Counted from the stretch's first letter, positions 1 to 13,335 are shown. The stretch is 64,000 nt of DNA from the human T2T-CHM13v2.0 reference genome, Homo sapiens (GCF_009914755.1 NC_060933.1); one strand, 5' to 3'. Program-made: numbers and translations. Notes: generated by a model not told the origin, from the letters alone.

Positions 1-169
1 GCTCATCTTTATATATTTAATTGTATTATTTACTTAATTTTATGTTAAAATATATAAAACATATGGTTCAAAGTAAAATACGTAGAATACTATATACACA
101 CTTTTTTACGTTTTGCTTTTATCACTTAATCTGTTCTTGGAAATCACTATATATTAGTTCATAGAGATC

Positions 170-775
170 TTTATTCTTTTTTGCAGTGGTGTTCTGGTAG
201 AGTTACCGTAATTTATTTAACTAGCTACCAATGAGTGTGCAGGTAGGTTGTTTCCATATGTTTCTACAAATAACTCCAAACTGAATGACCTTGTACACAT
301 ACTTTGTGGTTGTTTTTGTAGGTGTATTTTCAGGATAAGTTCCTGGCAGTAGATTGCTCATTCCAAAGGTAGAAGGGAATATAGCATTATTAGATATTGC
401 TAAATCTCCCTCATTAAGGGCTAGGATAGTTTACATTGTCATCAACCATGTTTGGGTGCCTTCTTCCCCTCACCTGGCTCTGTTGTCAGTTTTTGAAATT
501 TTTCTTTTTAAGAGACGGGGTCTTGCTTTGTCACTCAGGCTGGAGTGCAGTGGCACAATCGTAGCTCACTGCTGCCTCAGATTCCTGGGCTCAAGTGATC
601 CTCCCACCTCAGCCTCCAAGTGACTGAGACTACAGCCTCCCAAGTGGCTAGGAGCACACCACCACGCCCTTTTTTTTTTTTTTAATTTTTTTCTAGAGAT
701 CAAGTCTCACCATCTTTCCAAGGCTAATTTTGGCTTGTTTGATGGGTGAGAAATGGCATCTCTGTGTGTTTTATC
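170..775 (-). mobile_element. Old L1 (L1ME-like) 3' remnant interrupted by an Alu
   Basis: Degenerate antisense L1M 3' motifs (ggttgtttcc...tgaatgaccttgtaca...caggataagttcctggcagt; tgatgggtgagaaatggcatctc). Confidence 0.5.
499..725 (-). mobile_element. AluJ, partial
   Basis: gagacggggtcttgctttgtcactcaggctggagtgcagtgg...gctcaagtgatcctcccacctcagcc, with a small internal duplication of cagcctcc(c)aagtg. Confidence 0.85.
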
Positions 776-2286
776 TGATATCAGAATCACAACCCTGCTT
801 TGCCCCAACTCTTTATTCTTAGGCATTTGAATTACTCTATTTTAGGTGTTAGATTTTGCTTTGTGAGACAATTTTAATGTATTTTTATTTAATAAGATTT
901 TTAAGCTCATTTACATTTATAAATATGACCAATAAATTTCATCTCATCTGTCATATTATTTTAGATTTTATGTATATATAGTTTATATTTTGTTATTGTG
1001 TTTTGTATGTGGCCCATTCCTTGTTCTTTTGAAATAATTTATTTTGGCTATGGGGAAGGTTGTATTATTATTTTAATGATTATTAAATGTAACCTTTATA
1101 TGCCCTTCATTCCTTTTTCCTTCACTTGATCTATATTTGGTTTGTCAGCTTTAAATCAGATCCGTTGAGTCTACCTATGGAACAATTCATTAGCTTATCC
1201 TGTTTTACCGTTTCTGTCTCTTTTCTCCTTCTATTTTAAGTTCATTATTTCTATTTTTCAGAACACGTTTCCTTATTCTTCTTCCACCCTGGTTCCCTCC
1301 TTTGCTTTTATCTTAGATTTGCAAATAAATATGTTTCATCCACCATCAGTTCTTTTGCGAGTCATATCTTGGTTGGACAAAACACATCGGCTAGATTACC
1401 TAGAAAGGGCTTGTAAGTGCAGTATACCCTGGGTTCTTAATTGTATAAAATGTTTTCTAGAGGCTTGATATTTGAAGGATAGCTTCACTGATAGTTTTTT
1501 CCCCTGCAGGTAACCCTTTATTTATGTATTTTTTGGTGTGGAGGTCCAGGAGACTTTTTTTCTTGAAGTGTAATGTTAAAGATTAGACACAGGTACAAGC
1601 ATATTAGGTCTTATTTGCCAGTTTTCTTTATTAGTTACTTTTTCTTGAATACTTTTGACCTCTATGTTGCTTTTTTGTTCTCTTTCCCATATTTATGCCT
1701 TTCTTCAATGCTCCTGATTATATTTTCAGTTGAATCACTTCTCTCTCAGACACCTTGTAATTAGTTTTTATTTCTAATATAATTTAGCGTTCAGTTTATT
1801 TCCAGGGTTTAATCAACTCTGGTTTTACATCTTGTTTTTGTTCTGTCCATATATTTTAAAAATATTTCTTTGAGCTGTATTTCCATATCTTCAGATTCTA
1901 TTTCAGTGTGTTTCACTTAGGTTCAGATGTGTTTCATTTGTGTGCTGTTGCAAATTTTTTAGTAGAATTTTAATCAACTGCAATATTTTGATTCTCTTTT
2001 TATACTTTGTTGTTACAGAACATTGGGTAGATATTTGTCTACTAGTCTCCATTCATTTTGAGATGTTTTATTTTCTTAGGTCATTAGTAGCAATTGTGTG
2101 TAGAAAGAGGTGGGAATTTGAATGACTTATTAAGTCTCCTAGTTCAAAAGAACAATAATATTTTGATACAGTAAGAATTATTTGATTTTATCAATGCATT
2201 TGGAGGGTGTGAGAGGAGGGTAGATGGCCTTCTGATTTAGTGATTCTCCGTTGCTTTAATATGACTTCTGCTTTTCATCACTTTCG

Positions 2287-2440
2287 TTTTTTGAGACAGG
2301 GTCTCACTCTGTTGCCCAGGCTGGAGTGCAGTGGCGTGATTATGGCTCACTGCAGCTTTGACCTCCTGGGTTCAAGTGATTCTCCCACCTCAGCTTCCTG
2401 AGTAGCTGGGACCACAGGCGCCTGTCACCATGCCCGGCTA

Positions 2441-2491
<51 letters not shown>

Positions 2492-2569
2492 TTTTTGTAG
2501 CCACAAAAAAATACAACATGGTTTAGCCATGTTGCCCAGGCTAGTCTCAAACTCCTGAGATAAAGTGAT
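2287..2569 (-). mobile_element. AluJ, partial, with (TG)n in the central linker
   Basis: gagacagggtctcactctgttgcccaggctggagtgcagtgg...actcctg. Confidence 0.9.
2445..2489. repeat. (TG)n microsatellite, ~22 units
   Basis: Seen directly in the sequence. Confidence 0.97.
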
Positions 2570-3116
2570 TTTCTTCACTTTCATATCTCTTTCTCCATCA
2601 AGTCTTCAACGGGTTCCCCTTCTAATTTGCTCCTTCACTCCCAGAACTGGTGCCTTTCTATAATTTCCATCTCTGCTCCTTTGCACTCTGAGCTCCGTGC
2701 AGGTCTCAGATCTGTTCACCTTATTTCCCTACTGAGGAGGGGCTTTCTCTGTGTAAGATTATTCTATTTGTGTCTCACCATTACTGGGCTTCTGCTTCCT
2801 TTTACTTTTCTGCTGTCTCTATCTGACTTTCTGCTCTTGTGATCTCAAGAGCGGGTTCTGCTGGATTTGAGTATTTTTCTCCTGCTTATGTGTAATTTGA
2901 GGTTTGTTGTGTTCCTTTTTTCCTACTTATGATATAAATCTGTGTTTAAAAATTTCATAGTTTCTCTTTGTTTTATCTTTATGTTGTTTTATAGGATGCA
3001 TGGGGAGATTAAGATTTAGATGGCTTTCATTATCCTATTGAAACCAGGATTAGATTCTTTAGATCCTATTCTGGGTAGGAAGCAAATAGAACACTGCATA
3101 TTTCCTTCTTTTTGCC

Positions 3117-3393
3117 TTTTTTTTTTTGAGATGGAGTCTCGCTCTGTCACCCAGGCTGGAGTGCAGTGGCGCAATCTTGGCTCACCACAACCTCTGCCTC
3201 CCAGGTTCAAGTGATTCTTCTGCCTCAGCCTCTTGAGTAGCTGAGATTACAAGCGTGAGCCGCCACACCCAGCTAATTTTTGTATTTTTAGTAGAGACAG
3301 GGTTTCACTGTGTTGGCCAGGATGGTCTCGATCTCCTGACCTCGTGATCCACCTGCCTCAGCCTCCCAAAGTGCTGGGATTACAGGCATGAGC
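3117..3393 (-). mobile_element. AluS (AluSc-like)
   Basis: Poly-T followed by gagatggagtctcgctctgtcacccagg...gatggtctcgatctcctgacctcgtgatcc...tacaggcatgagc. Confidence 0.93.
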
Positions 3394-3523
3394 TTTGCAT
3401 TCTTACCATAGGCATCTTAATTCTTCCTTAAGAAAGAAAGATGCAGTTAATTAAAGTTGGAGATGTCATAGGACAAATTAGTATTATGCTGTAAAGTTAC
3501 CCACCCTTAGACTGGTGGCACCA

Positions 3524-3706
3524 AGGGTTGGCAGATTTAGAAAGTGAAAATAGATGTTAATTTGAATTTCAGATAAGCAATGAATAACTTTTTAGTATAA
3601 GTATGTCACATCCAATATATGGGATCTACTTATACTAAAAAAGTGTTTCTTGTTTATCTGAAATTCAAATTTAACTGGAGCTCTTGTATTTTATCTAGCA
3701 GCTCTA
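3524..3706. mobile_element. MER53 palindromic hAT MITE
   Basis: agggttggcagatttag...ttaatttgaatttcagataag...tagtataagtatgtc paired with tacttatactaaaaaa...ttatctgaaattcaaatttaa...ttatctagcagctct; long inverted arms match the recalled MER53 consensus. Confidence 0.85.
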
Positions 3707-4028
3707 CTTTAGGGAAAGAAATGTTTGTTACTATTTTTCATAGTCCGTGTGGTACCTAGAATGATACCTGGGATGGTGCTGAGCAAAAAGCATGCGCAAA
3801 ATATTTGTTGAATTAAAGATGCAAATTTAATTTTATAACAAACGTAGTGATCATAACATATTATTTCCTAATGAAATGTGAGGATAACAAAAAAAAGGTT
3901 CAATTCTATTCAATCTCAATTTCAGTTGGACTAAAACTTTTTTTTTCAAGTTAAATGAATTGATGTTCTACTTAATGGTTTTCTCTTCATGTTTGATTTT
4001 TCAAGTAACCTTTAAAAATCCTACTACC

Positions 4029-4321
<293 letters not shown>

Positions 4322-4529
4322 TCACAAGGTGGAGTGTATATATATATTTATATATGAGAGATCATATATAGCTAGATAAGTGCAGTGAAAGCTAGATTGA
4401 TAGATACATGGAGCAATCACAAAAGCTAAGGAATAACCGTATTCAGACTTTTTTCTACCCTACAATCATACTTCATTATTACCTGCTTTATATCCCTAGG
4501 TTTATGTTTATGTAGCTCTGGTGGAGATT

Positions 4530-4990
4530 ACCTAACCTCAGAGAAGGCAAACTGTCTCCTCGTCCTAGGGAATAAATCATGAATGGTCCAAGCCAGTCAC
4601 GGGATGCATGTGCGCTGCACCAGGCCTGAAGAAAGAGGTATACCAGTGACCCAGTTTTAGCCAAATAACAACTACCGATGAAGTTGATACTGAGGGATTT
4701 CTTTCTCTTAGGAGAGAAAGCCTTTTGTGATGTCTTTCTTTCTACTTGGGATACTGATGAGGGATATCATACAAGGAGCTGTGGCAGTTATCTTGAAATC
4801 AGGAGGCACTTTCAGAGGACAAAGGGCCAACAGCTAAGTCTGGTGGCTGAGAAAATAGTCTGGTTCCGTAATGATGTAATTAACTTGGAACCACCAACTT
4901 TCAGATTAACTGGATGATAATTAAATGCTTTTTCTGATGATGGTTAATTGGGGCTTTTTTTCCTTGCAGCTAAAAACATTCCAAACTATT
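4530..4990 (+). mobile_element. Old MLT1-family (MaLR) LTR
   Basis: tgacccagttttagccaa, ggagctgtggcagttatcttg and a 3' end ttgcagctaaaaacattccaaac resemble MLT1J/K/L. Confidence 0.55.
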
Positions 4991-6584
4991 AATGGTACAA
5001 ACTTCTCACTAGAAAGTAACTTCAGGAATTTATAGGTTAAACACATCCTTTTAAAGGAAGTTCTGTTTTTTGTTTGTCTTAGTTAGAATCTTTGGAGGAC
5101 TGTGATCTATCACTTTACTGTTCACTATGCCCTTTCTTCCCTTTTAATGAAAAATAAGGTGTTGGAGAATAAAGTGGAAAGGGCTGCATTTTTCTGCTGT
5201 GTTGACTGAGCAGCTTTTTGGATCTCTGTAACTCCAATTTAACATCTTTCAACATCTTTCTCCACTTTTTCCACTTTGGAAAGCTCTGTTCTAAATAATC
5301 AGTGAAAACATACCACTGTCAGACATGAGGATGTTTTGGACTTTGATTGTCTGTAAGGTGTTTATGTTAGTCACCCATGAAGAGCTTACTAATTAGATAG
5401 AAAAGACAACATGCTTGGAAAACTATGTTCTAAAATATGTATGTGGGCTGCTGAATGTGGCTGTGGAAAGCTGCTACCCTAGTGTTGAATTTAATTGTGT
5501 TAACGTTATTCCTTTCATTAATGAATGGAAAAAATGTGGTTTAGGTTACAGGAACAGTATTCCAGTTTACCTTGAATATGCCACTCTAAGAGTTTAGGAG
5601 TTACTATAAAGTTCAGTGTCCTTGCTCTATACATGAAGATGTGTCACTGTGTTTGGATAGTGACTTTTCTGGAATTATTATTTTTCTCTAACAAGAAATT
5701 CTGTTGGATGCTATTAAAGCAAGTTGCTTGGTTAGATTCTTGAAAGGATTCGACATTTTTTATTAATAAGAAAAACATTTGCAGTTACGCTTGCTAGTGG
5801 AGGATAAAAATAAGTTTGTTTTCTTGCTCATTATACTCCAGGGTCTGGAGAGAATCTCACCAGGTCGAAGAGGCAATCTTCTCTGTAGGTTCCTTTATTG
5901 AGTGGCCAATCAAATGCATTATGGGATCCTTCATCTTTTCTGAAGCCTCTGCTACTTGCCACTGTGCAAGAAGCCCTGGACATATTATTGGCCTGTCCAA
6001 GCAAAATGTTTCATCTTCCTTGCAAGCAACTTTGTAGATTTTATACTAGTTTGCACCTTCAAGTGGACAATAAAAGCAAAGATGTCAGGTAGATTTGGAC
6101 AATTATTTTTATTCAGCCTAAAAGGAATGATATTAAAGTGGTCTTTTTAGTAGCTATCAGAATTGATTTTGCTGATTGTCAGAAGTGAGATGGTTTTTCC
6201 TTTACCTTGTAAGTAGATTTATTTTTCTGTGGCTATATCATAGCAATAGCAAATTATCATGCTCTTTAAACATCACACATACTACAGTGTGGATTGTTTT
6301 TGTCATAAGTAATTTTTTTGTTTCCAAATTTTTATTTGAAATGTGGAAATGTGTTTTGTTTTGTTTTTAAATTTTAAATGACAATAGGTTGGGAACCTCA
6401 ATTTTGCTCTGATTTGCCCTTCCATGGCCAGAGTTTATTGCCTGATGCCTATAAAAGCCTCTTTCCAAAATGAAGTTTCAGTGTTTATTGAATAAATGTC
6501 AGCTCAGTAACAGAAAAACTGTAAAGAACTCAGGGTATAAATTTAATAACACATTTCCCTTAATGTCATGCAAGGTCTTTTTTT

Positions 6585-6760
6585 TATTTCCTTCATAACT
6601 ATTACCATGATCTCTAATTATAGTTTGTCTTATTTGCCTACTTGTTTAGTATCCATCTGCCCAAATTTGAATATCACCTTTATGAAGACTAGATCATGTG
6701 TTTTCTCATTCCCAGATGTAGACTTAGTATCTAAAAGGCATTGAATAAGCACGGTTGGAA
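6585..6760 (+). mobile_element. L2 3'-end fragment
   Basis: Degenerate L2 tail (ttatttgcctacttgttt...gaatatcacctttatgaagactagatcatgtg...). Confidence 0.5.
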
Positions 6761-7009
6761 ATTTTAAAAAATAAACACACACACAAGCAAATGAATACAT
6801 GTTTCGACAGTTTACAGATGTAGTATAACTGTAATGTAACTGCCATTGCTTCTAGCTATTACGGGGTAAACCATTATGCAATAGATATATGTCCTTCAGA
6901 AGGACTTTCAGATAACTCAACTATGACAAACACACATTAATAACTAAATCGTACACATCAGATTGAAAATTCTCTTAGTGTTCACATGAATGAAAAAGCC
7001 ATATTAACT

Positions 7010-7200
7010 TCCATGTCAGTCAAGCCTTCAAATGGCTTTATCCCCAGTGGACATCTGACTGCAAAGTATGGGAGGCCCCAAGTGAAAACCACACAGCTGA
7101 TCCTACTCAACCGTAGGACTGTAAGTGGTAATAATAAATTATTGTTTCTGGCTATTATGTTTTGGGATAGTTGGCTTGTGCAATATGGGAAAAACAAAAA
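7010..7200 (+). mobile_element. MLT1 LTR 3' part (MLT1G/H-like)
   Basis: cagtcaagccttcaaatgg...gacatctgactgcaa...aataataaattattgttt...ttttgggatagttgg. Confidence 0.65.
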
Positions 7201-9589
7201 TTTGGCAATATAAACTTCAACTATTGATACTAAGTTATTCTCCTTTTCTAAGCAGCGCACCTTTATTTGAGGTCATTATGTGTATTAGACATACTCTTTG
7301 ATTATATAAAAGCATAACGATGAGTTATACCTGAAGAAGTCATGTTACTAGGAAAAAGAAAAGATTTGTGAGGGTCACAGTGGGCTAGTGTGTTGGCAAG
7401 AAAGCAAAGTTGAATTCAGATTTTGTCTCCAACTACTTATGGTCCATGTGGGTCTTAAGAAACCCTACCTCTTCTGATATGGTTGCTTGATTTTATATTA
7501 CTCCCTGTTTTCTGAGCTTCCATACCACAATTGCTTCAGATTTCTTATAGAAATAAATGTATTTTGGGTAATAACTTATTACAGGGCATGGCAAAAATCC
7601 TTTAGAACTGTTAGAATATTCAAAAAGTTGAGCCAGTAATCTCGTAGATCTAGAGAGAAGCAAAGCCAAAAAAATCTGGAAAGACCCATTTGAAATTCTG
7701 CATCCCCTTTATTTTAGATATAATGTCAATACACTAATAAGTCTTTTTTGTCCTTTGAGGTATCCATCTTAGTGCCTTAATTTGAGACAGTAATTAGGGG
7801 ACCACTGTTAATGTTTGATACCAAAAGTCTGCTGCTCTCTGTTGAGTTTAAACAGGTTAAACTTGTATTTTGCTAGGAAATATCAAGTGATTCTTGTTCT
7901 TGGAGGGGCCAAGACTATTTAATGATCACGTGTCCATCACTTGAATGTGCACAGCTTCATTGTTTTGTGCATTTATTTGATCCTCTCTTCCTCTTCCATC
8001 CCTCTGTGTCCTCTTCTTTTCATATACATGCCACCTGTGTGACTTGGCTTTGAAAATATCCCTTGAAAGCATCTTATCTATGGGAGTTTCAGGGGTTGAC
8101 TTAAGGAAGCTGAAGCGGCTTTTACTGTTCAGAAGTTCTGCAGAGTCCTGGAAAGAGATGTAGCCTTCAGTAAAAATTTGTGAGAACTTGAAATGTGATA
8201 GGACTTGGAGAGTAAATTATGTATTGCTTTTCTATTTATTTGTCTTTCTTTCCGTCTGTTAATTCGTCCATTCACCCATTCATTGAAAAGATAATGATTA
8301 TGTTGTCAAAAGCTGATTGCAGAATGAATGAAGGTTTGGGAAGATATTGTATCAATATAACCTTGTGCTGCTTGATTTGTTCAACTGAAAAACGGATTGG
8401 TTTCTCACCTAAAAAATAGCTGCCATTGTATTTCATGAGATTATTGTCATTTTTGAAGCAATATAAATGAAGAAAGATGACATATTAAAAGTTGTTTTTC
8501 AGTAATTTCAAATGATGTTTAAATTCCCTCTCCTTGACCCTGTATGTCTCCAACATTAGAAAAAAAATTATTTCCCATAATTTTTTCTCAACTTTTTTTT
8601 TTTTTGACTTTGAAGAAAAAAGGAAGTGGGAACTGAAGTCCGTTGGTTGTGCTTATCCAAGCCACACCACATTCTACTCATTTTTTAAAAAGGAAAAAGT
8701 ACTCCTCCTGAGACCTCAGTGAATAGAGAGGAGGCAGAGGTTTCTCAGCAGATTTATGCTCAGAGGGGACCGAGAGGGTGAAGAGTTCTATGCAAGCAGA
8801 ATTTTGCAAATAATAGAAACAAAAAAATTACATTTTAGAAAAGAATGAGAGGTGCTTACTGCTCATGTTCCCATAATTATTAAATACTGCAGCTCAGTTG
8901 CTTCTAAAATTTATTTTTATGAGCTCCGGCATAGGAATTGTTTCTTGGCATATAAGCACTTAAGGAAAACATTTTAGTTGAGATCATCCATAAGCAAACA
9001 CGATTAACTAATGTACTAATTGCACAGTTTGTGTGAGAGGGTAATGTGTTAAGAAATATTTGATTTTTGATTCATAGCCAGGAAGAAAGTCATTTGGCAA
9101 AACTGAATTTCTTCTCAACTTAGGTAGAATTGCTGCATGACCTCAAAAGGGAAACAATATTCAAGTTCAGCTATATACCAAAACCAGAGGAGAGTTGAAC
9201 AGTATTTGCTTCTGTCATGCCTTGTGTTATTCCAAACAAACTTCTGCATCCCTGAGCTCCTCCTGACAGCAGAAATTTCCCACCGGACCTATAAGCCCAC
9301 CTGTCGCTATGTTACCGCCCTTCTGACTTCTTCTGCCAGGAGGATTGAACTTTGGTTAGTGGCATATTAGAATAATCAACAACCCCATATGAATGTCTTC
9401 TCTTCTCATAGAATTCCCTGTGAAGGCTTCATTCCCTGCACATTCCCTATGCTCTTTCTTAGACCTTTACATTGGCAATGCCCCATGATGAGTCAATGTG
9501 CAGAAGATGAAGATTTCTAGATCTTATTTATACCTTCATTACCTGTATTATATATATTACCTGTATTGTATTATCTGTATTATATATAT

Positions 9590-10083
9590 ATCTGGAGAAA
9601 GAGAGAGAAAGAGAGGGAGAGGGAGAGACAGAGATTTATCATGAAGGATTGGTTCATGTGATAATGGGGGCTGAGAAGTCCTGTGATCTGATATCTGCAA
9701 GATGGAAGCCTAGGAAAGCCAGTAGTTCTAGTCCAAGCCCAGAAGGCTGGAGAACCAGGAGAGCCAAGGGTGTAAGTCCCAGTCTGAATCTGAAGACAGG
9801 AGAAACAGGAGCAACAGTGCCCAAGGGCAGGAGAAGATGGATGTCTCAGCTCTACCAGAGAAAGCAAATTCACTCTTCCTCTGACTTTTTGTTGTATTCC
9901 GCCCCTCAACAGATCAGATGATGCCCACCCACATTGTGTGGACAGTTTTCTTTTACTAGCTCCATCTATCCAAACGCTAATCCCTTCTGGAAGCACGTGC
10001 ACAGACATATCCAGAAATACTATTTACCAGCTCTCTGGGCATTCCTTAACCCAGTCAAGTAACACAGAAAATTAACCATCACA
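9590..10083 (-). mobile_element. MLT2B-type ERVL LTR
   Basis: Ends cccagtcaagtaacacagaaaattaaccatcaca, the reverse complement of the MLT2 5' end TGTGATGGTTAATTTT; internal GA-rich tract. Confidence 0.85.
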
Positions 10084-10489
10084 CCGTCTCAAGAAATATT
10101 GATTTATGAATGATTATTTTTATTATGAACTTTAAAGATTATAAAGATATAATAATCATACAGCACAAGTGGCTTGTAATTTCATTAGGCAGATAAAACA
10201 CATATATAACCAAAGATGACCAATATGAAGAGTGGTGGATGGGTGAGCAGAAAAACACTGGGTTTTCATTGAAAAGAATGTTCAGTGGAATGCCCAGGGA
10301 TCTTAATTTGCTTTAGAATCATATACTGGACAACTTTAGGTGTTCTTATTGCCTTTCTTCCCCAGTTATACAGCCAACTCTCAGAGAAGTGGCTTCAACT
10401 TGATGCACGGATTTTCTCCTGCCCATCTGGTTTGGCCAACTTCCCTTAGATTGATAACCTTAAACATTAGTGAGCTTTTTGTGGTTTTA

Positions 10490-10800
10490 GCAAACCACAC
10501 CTTCCTCACCTCTCCAGCCTCAACTCTTCCCATTTTTCTCATCTCCCACCTCACCTTTTGTAACTTGTATTCTCCAGCTATACTGTCTTAAGTTCCTTTA
10601 ACACTCCAGTCTCTATGATTATTTTACACTTTTACCAAGATGGAACATATCTTCTTCATCCCTGACTCGCCCTTTGGCTAGTCAGCTTGTATTAGGGGCT
10701 CAGTTTAAATGTTATTTTCTCAAGAAAGTTCTCTTAGCCTTCCTACACTTCCCCCTGACTGGGTTCCATGTTCCCACAGTATCCTGACAAACTGTGTTAA
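10490..10800 (+). mobile_element. L2 fragment
   Basis: cctctccagcctc...ctccagctatactg...ctcagtttaaatgttattttctcaagaaag. Confidence 0.5.
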
Positions 10801-10871
10801 TGATACCTAACATGTAGTGCCAGAGGGCAAGTGGGGGATGGAGAGGATATGTTCCATCTTGGTAAAGGTAT

Positions 10872-10934
10872 GGACCAACCATAGTGGGCTGTTTCCAGTG
10901 GTACACTGGATCCACTTTCTGTAACTCATGAACA
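10872..10934 (+). repeat. 63-bp dispersed direct repeat, copy A (copy B at 12800-12862)
   Basis: 58/63 identical by manual alignment. Confidence 0.92.
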
Positions 10935-12823
10935 ATTTTTTGCAATTGCTTGTCTGTTGCATGGACTAGAGTTCAAGGACCTAACAATAGGGACAGTGTC
11001 ATGGCCAGTATGGTGATTGGAATGTAGTAAGTGAGAAGGAGAAGTGACAATAGAGATGGAGGCAATGGTTTCAGACCTAGATTTCTGAAGCCTGAATCAG
11101 TTCTTTGAACTGAGGTACTTGAGATTGGTGTGAACCCTGGCAGCTCCAGAGAGTTATACATATAAAAGATAAGCTTGTTCTTGGTGCCTCAGAAATGCCC
11201 GCTAAGTTTTAGAAGCATAAAACATGGTTTAGCACCAAGGCTAGGTAATATAGTGGAAACCAGTTCTCCATACACTAATATGAGACTTGTAAAGATTCCT
11301 TAAAGGTGACACAAGATGTGTTTCTTGGTTTATTGGTTTTTATTTTGTTAAATGGTTTTAAGACTGAAAGTTTCTAATGCACGATGGGTCAGGTTTGGAA
11401 AGATTCAAAGAGGGTCACAAAATGTACAAATGAGAAACACCATCCACTTAACTAAACCTAAAGACCATCCAGTTATACTTTGACTTCTATGCTTTGATTT
11501 CTTAACCCTCAATTATGAGTAGAATTTTGGAACAGGATTTATTCTGCTTTCCTCTCTATAAGCATATCTTGTAGATCACAGCCTTCTTCTCCCAACCTCC
11601 ACTATTTTCTGATGTTCCCTTGGCATTATGTCTGGCACTCTTAACATTTCTAACTGAGAAATGATCTTATGTCAAGACTGTATCATAGTAGATGGGGACC
11701 ATGGTTCTAGCAGAGTTGGAATAGTGGTATAAATGTGTGGAGTAAAAAGGATGATTCATAGGATACCAAAAACGTTTGGCCAGTGTGCCAAAAGGACGTT
11801 GCATGCTGTTTCCTCCTTGTGCACCCCCTCCCCAGGCTCCATTTCCCAGTTCCAGCCCACGACCTCAAATGTAAAAAATAATTCAGGTCATCCAGCTAAC
11901 CTTACAAATGATCAATTGCCCTTTCAACTTTGCCAATCTATCTCTCCAGACAATGAAGAAAATCATCCTCTCCTTATTTTATGATAATCAATCTCCTTTT
12001 TTAAAAAAACTAAAATTTTCTTCCCTAAATTATAAGAAGGCTTTGCCCCTATATAGGTGCTGCCATCAACAGTAGCATGATCATAACAGCAACCAATTGT
12101 TATGTACTTTATCTTCTTTCATCTTTATAGCAATTATCTGTGTTCAAACTACAGATGAGGTTTTAAGAATTTGGTGACTTGACACTCAAGTCATACAGCT
12201 GGAAAGTAGCAGAGGTAGAATTCAAATTCTCCTCTGCCCAATTCCCTTTAGCTCACCTCCTTATCTGCTCTGCTGAATTTGGTGTTGAAATGTATTGGGC
12301 TTCCATGGGATTTCTGGATAATCCACAGACTGAATAATCATCCTCTGAATAATTGGACAGAGCATCTGTTTTGTCTGGGGGCAATTGTGTGTGTGTATGT
12401 GTGTGTGTGTGATAACTAAGGATTTGAAGTCCATCAAATTGACTCATTAAGTATTGTAATAAACATCTTAGGACTTAACTACCTTGATTTGTATTTCCAA
12501 GAATCTGTAAAGGCACCTGCAGTTTTAGAGGCACAGAATCTCTACTTCGTATACCTCAAAAAGAACCCATCAACTTACGGCCTTCCTCACACGTGTCGAA
12601 TGTTCATTTTTAAAAGGTAATCTTGAGAGGAAAAGGTTAAAGAAGGTCTCCTCCAAAAAAAAAAAAAAAAAAAATGTGTGAGGGAGTGAAACTATTGTCT
12701 GAAACTGCAAAGGGGAGAACGGAGCCTTCGGTAGTTCCCAAGTACTGAGAAGCAGATTTCAGATCCATTGGAAGGCATGACTTAATCAGAAATGGAGCAG
12801 GACTAACCATAGTGGGCTATTTC

Positions 12824-13335
12824 CAGTGGTACCCTGGATCCACCTTCTGTAAGTCATGAACATTGATTGTTACACATTTAGAAATTTTGCAGTTGTGGTA
12901 GTTTAAAACTAGCCATGATGTGAGTATTTACACTGTGGAAATTGGGAAACACTAACACATAAGGGCTGTTTTTTAAAGCAGGGGTCCTCAAGCCCCGGGC
13001 TGCGGACCAGTATTGATCGCGGCCTGTTAGGAACCGGGCTGCACAGCAGGACTTGAGTGGCAGGTGAGCATTACCGCCTGAACTCCGCCTCCTGTCGAAT
13101 CAGCAGCACCTTTAGATTCTCAGAGGAGCGCCAACCCTATTGTGAACTGCGCATGCGAGGGATCTAGGTTGCGTGCTTCTTATGAGAATCTAAGGCAATG
13201 CCCAGTGATCTGAGGTGGGTTCATCCTGAAACCACCCCACATCCGTGGAAAAATTGTCTTCCACAAAACCAGATCCTGGTGTCAAAAAGGTTGGGGACCG
13301 CTATTCTAAAGAACTGATTTACCAGCACTTTATTG
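12824..13335 (+). mobile_element. MER63-type hAT element, interrupted by MER1B
   Basis: cagtggtaccctggatcc...tagccatgatgtgagtatttacactgtggaaattggg...agggctgtttt / atttaccagcac; degenerate 8-bp TSD gctatttc / cctattta. Confidence 0.7.
12979..13303 (+). mobile_element. MER1B (hAT-Charlie)
   Basis: caggggtcc...tgtgaactgcgcatgcgagggatctaggttgcg...aaaaaggttggggaccgct; 8-bp TSD ttttaaag / ttctaaag. Confidence 0.9.

Noticed and set aside
3580-3645. An annotated miR-1302 gene
   Set aside because: The seed-region sequence deviates from miR-1302 on both strands; kept only as a MER53 hairpin.
9580-10008. 142-aa ORF
   Set aside because: Almost entirely within the MLT2 LTR.
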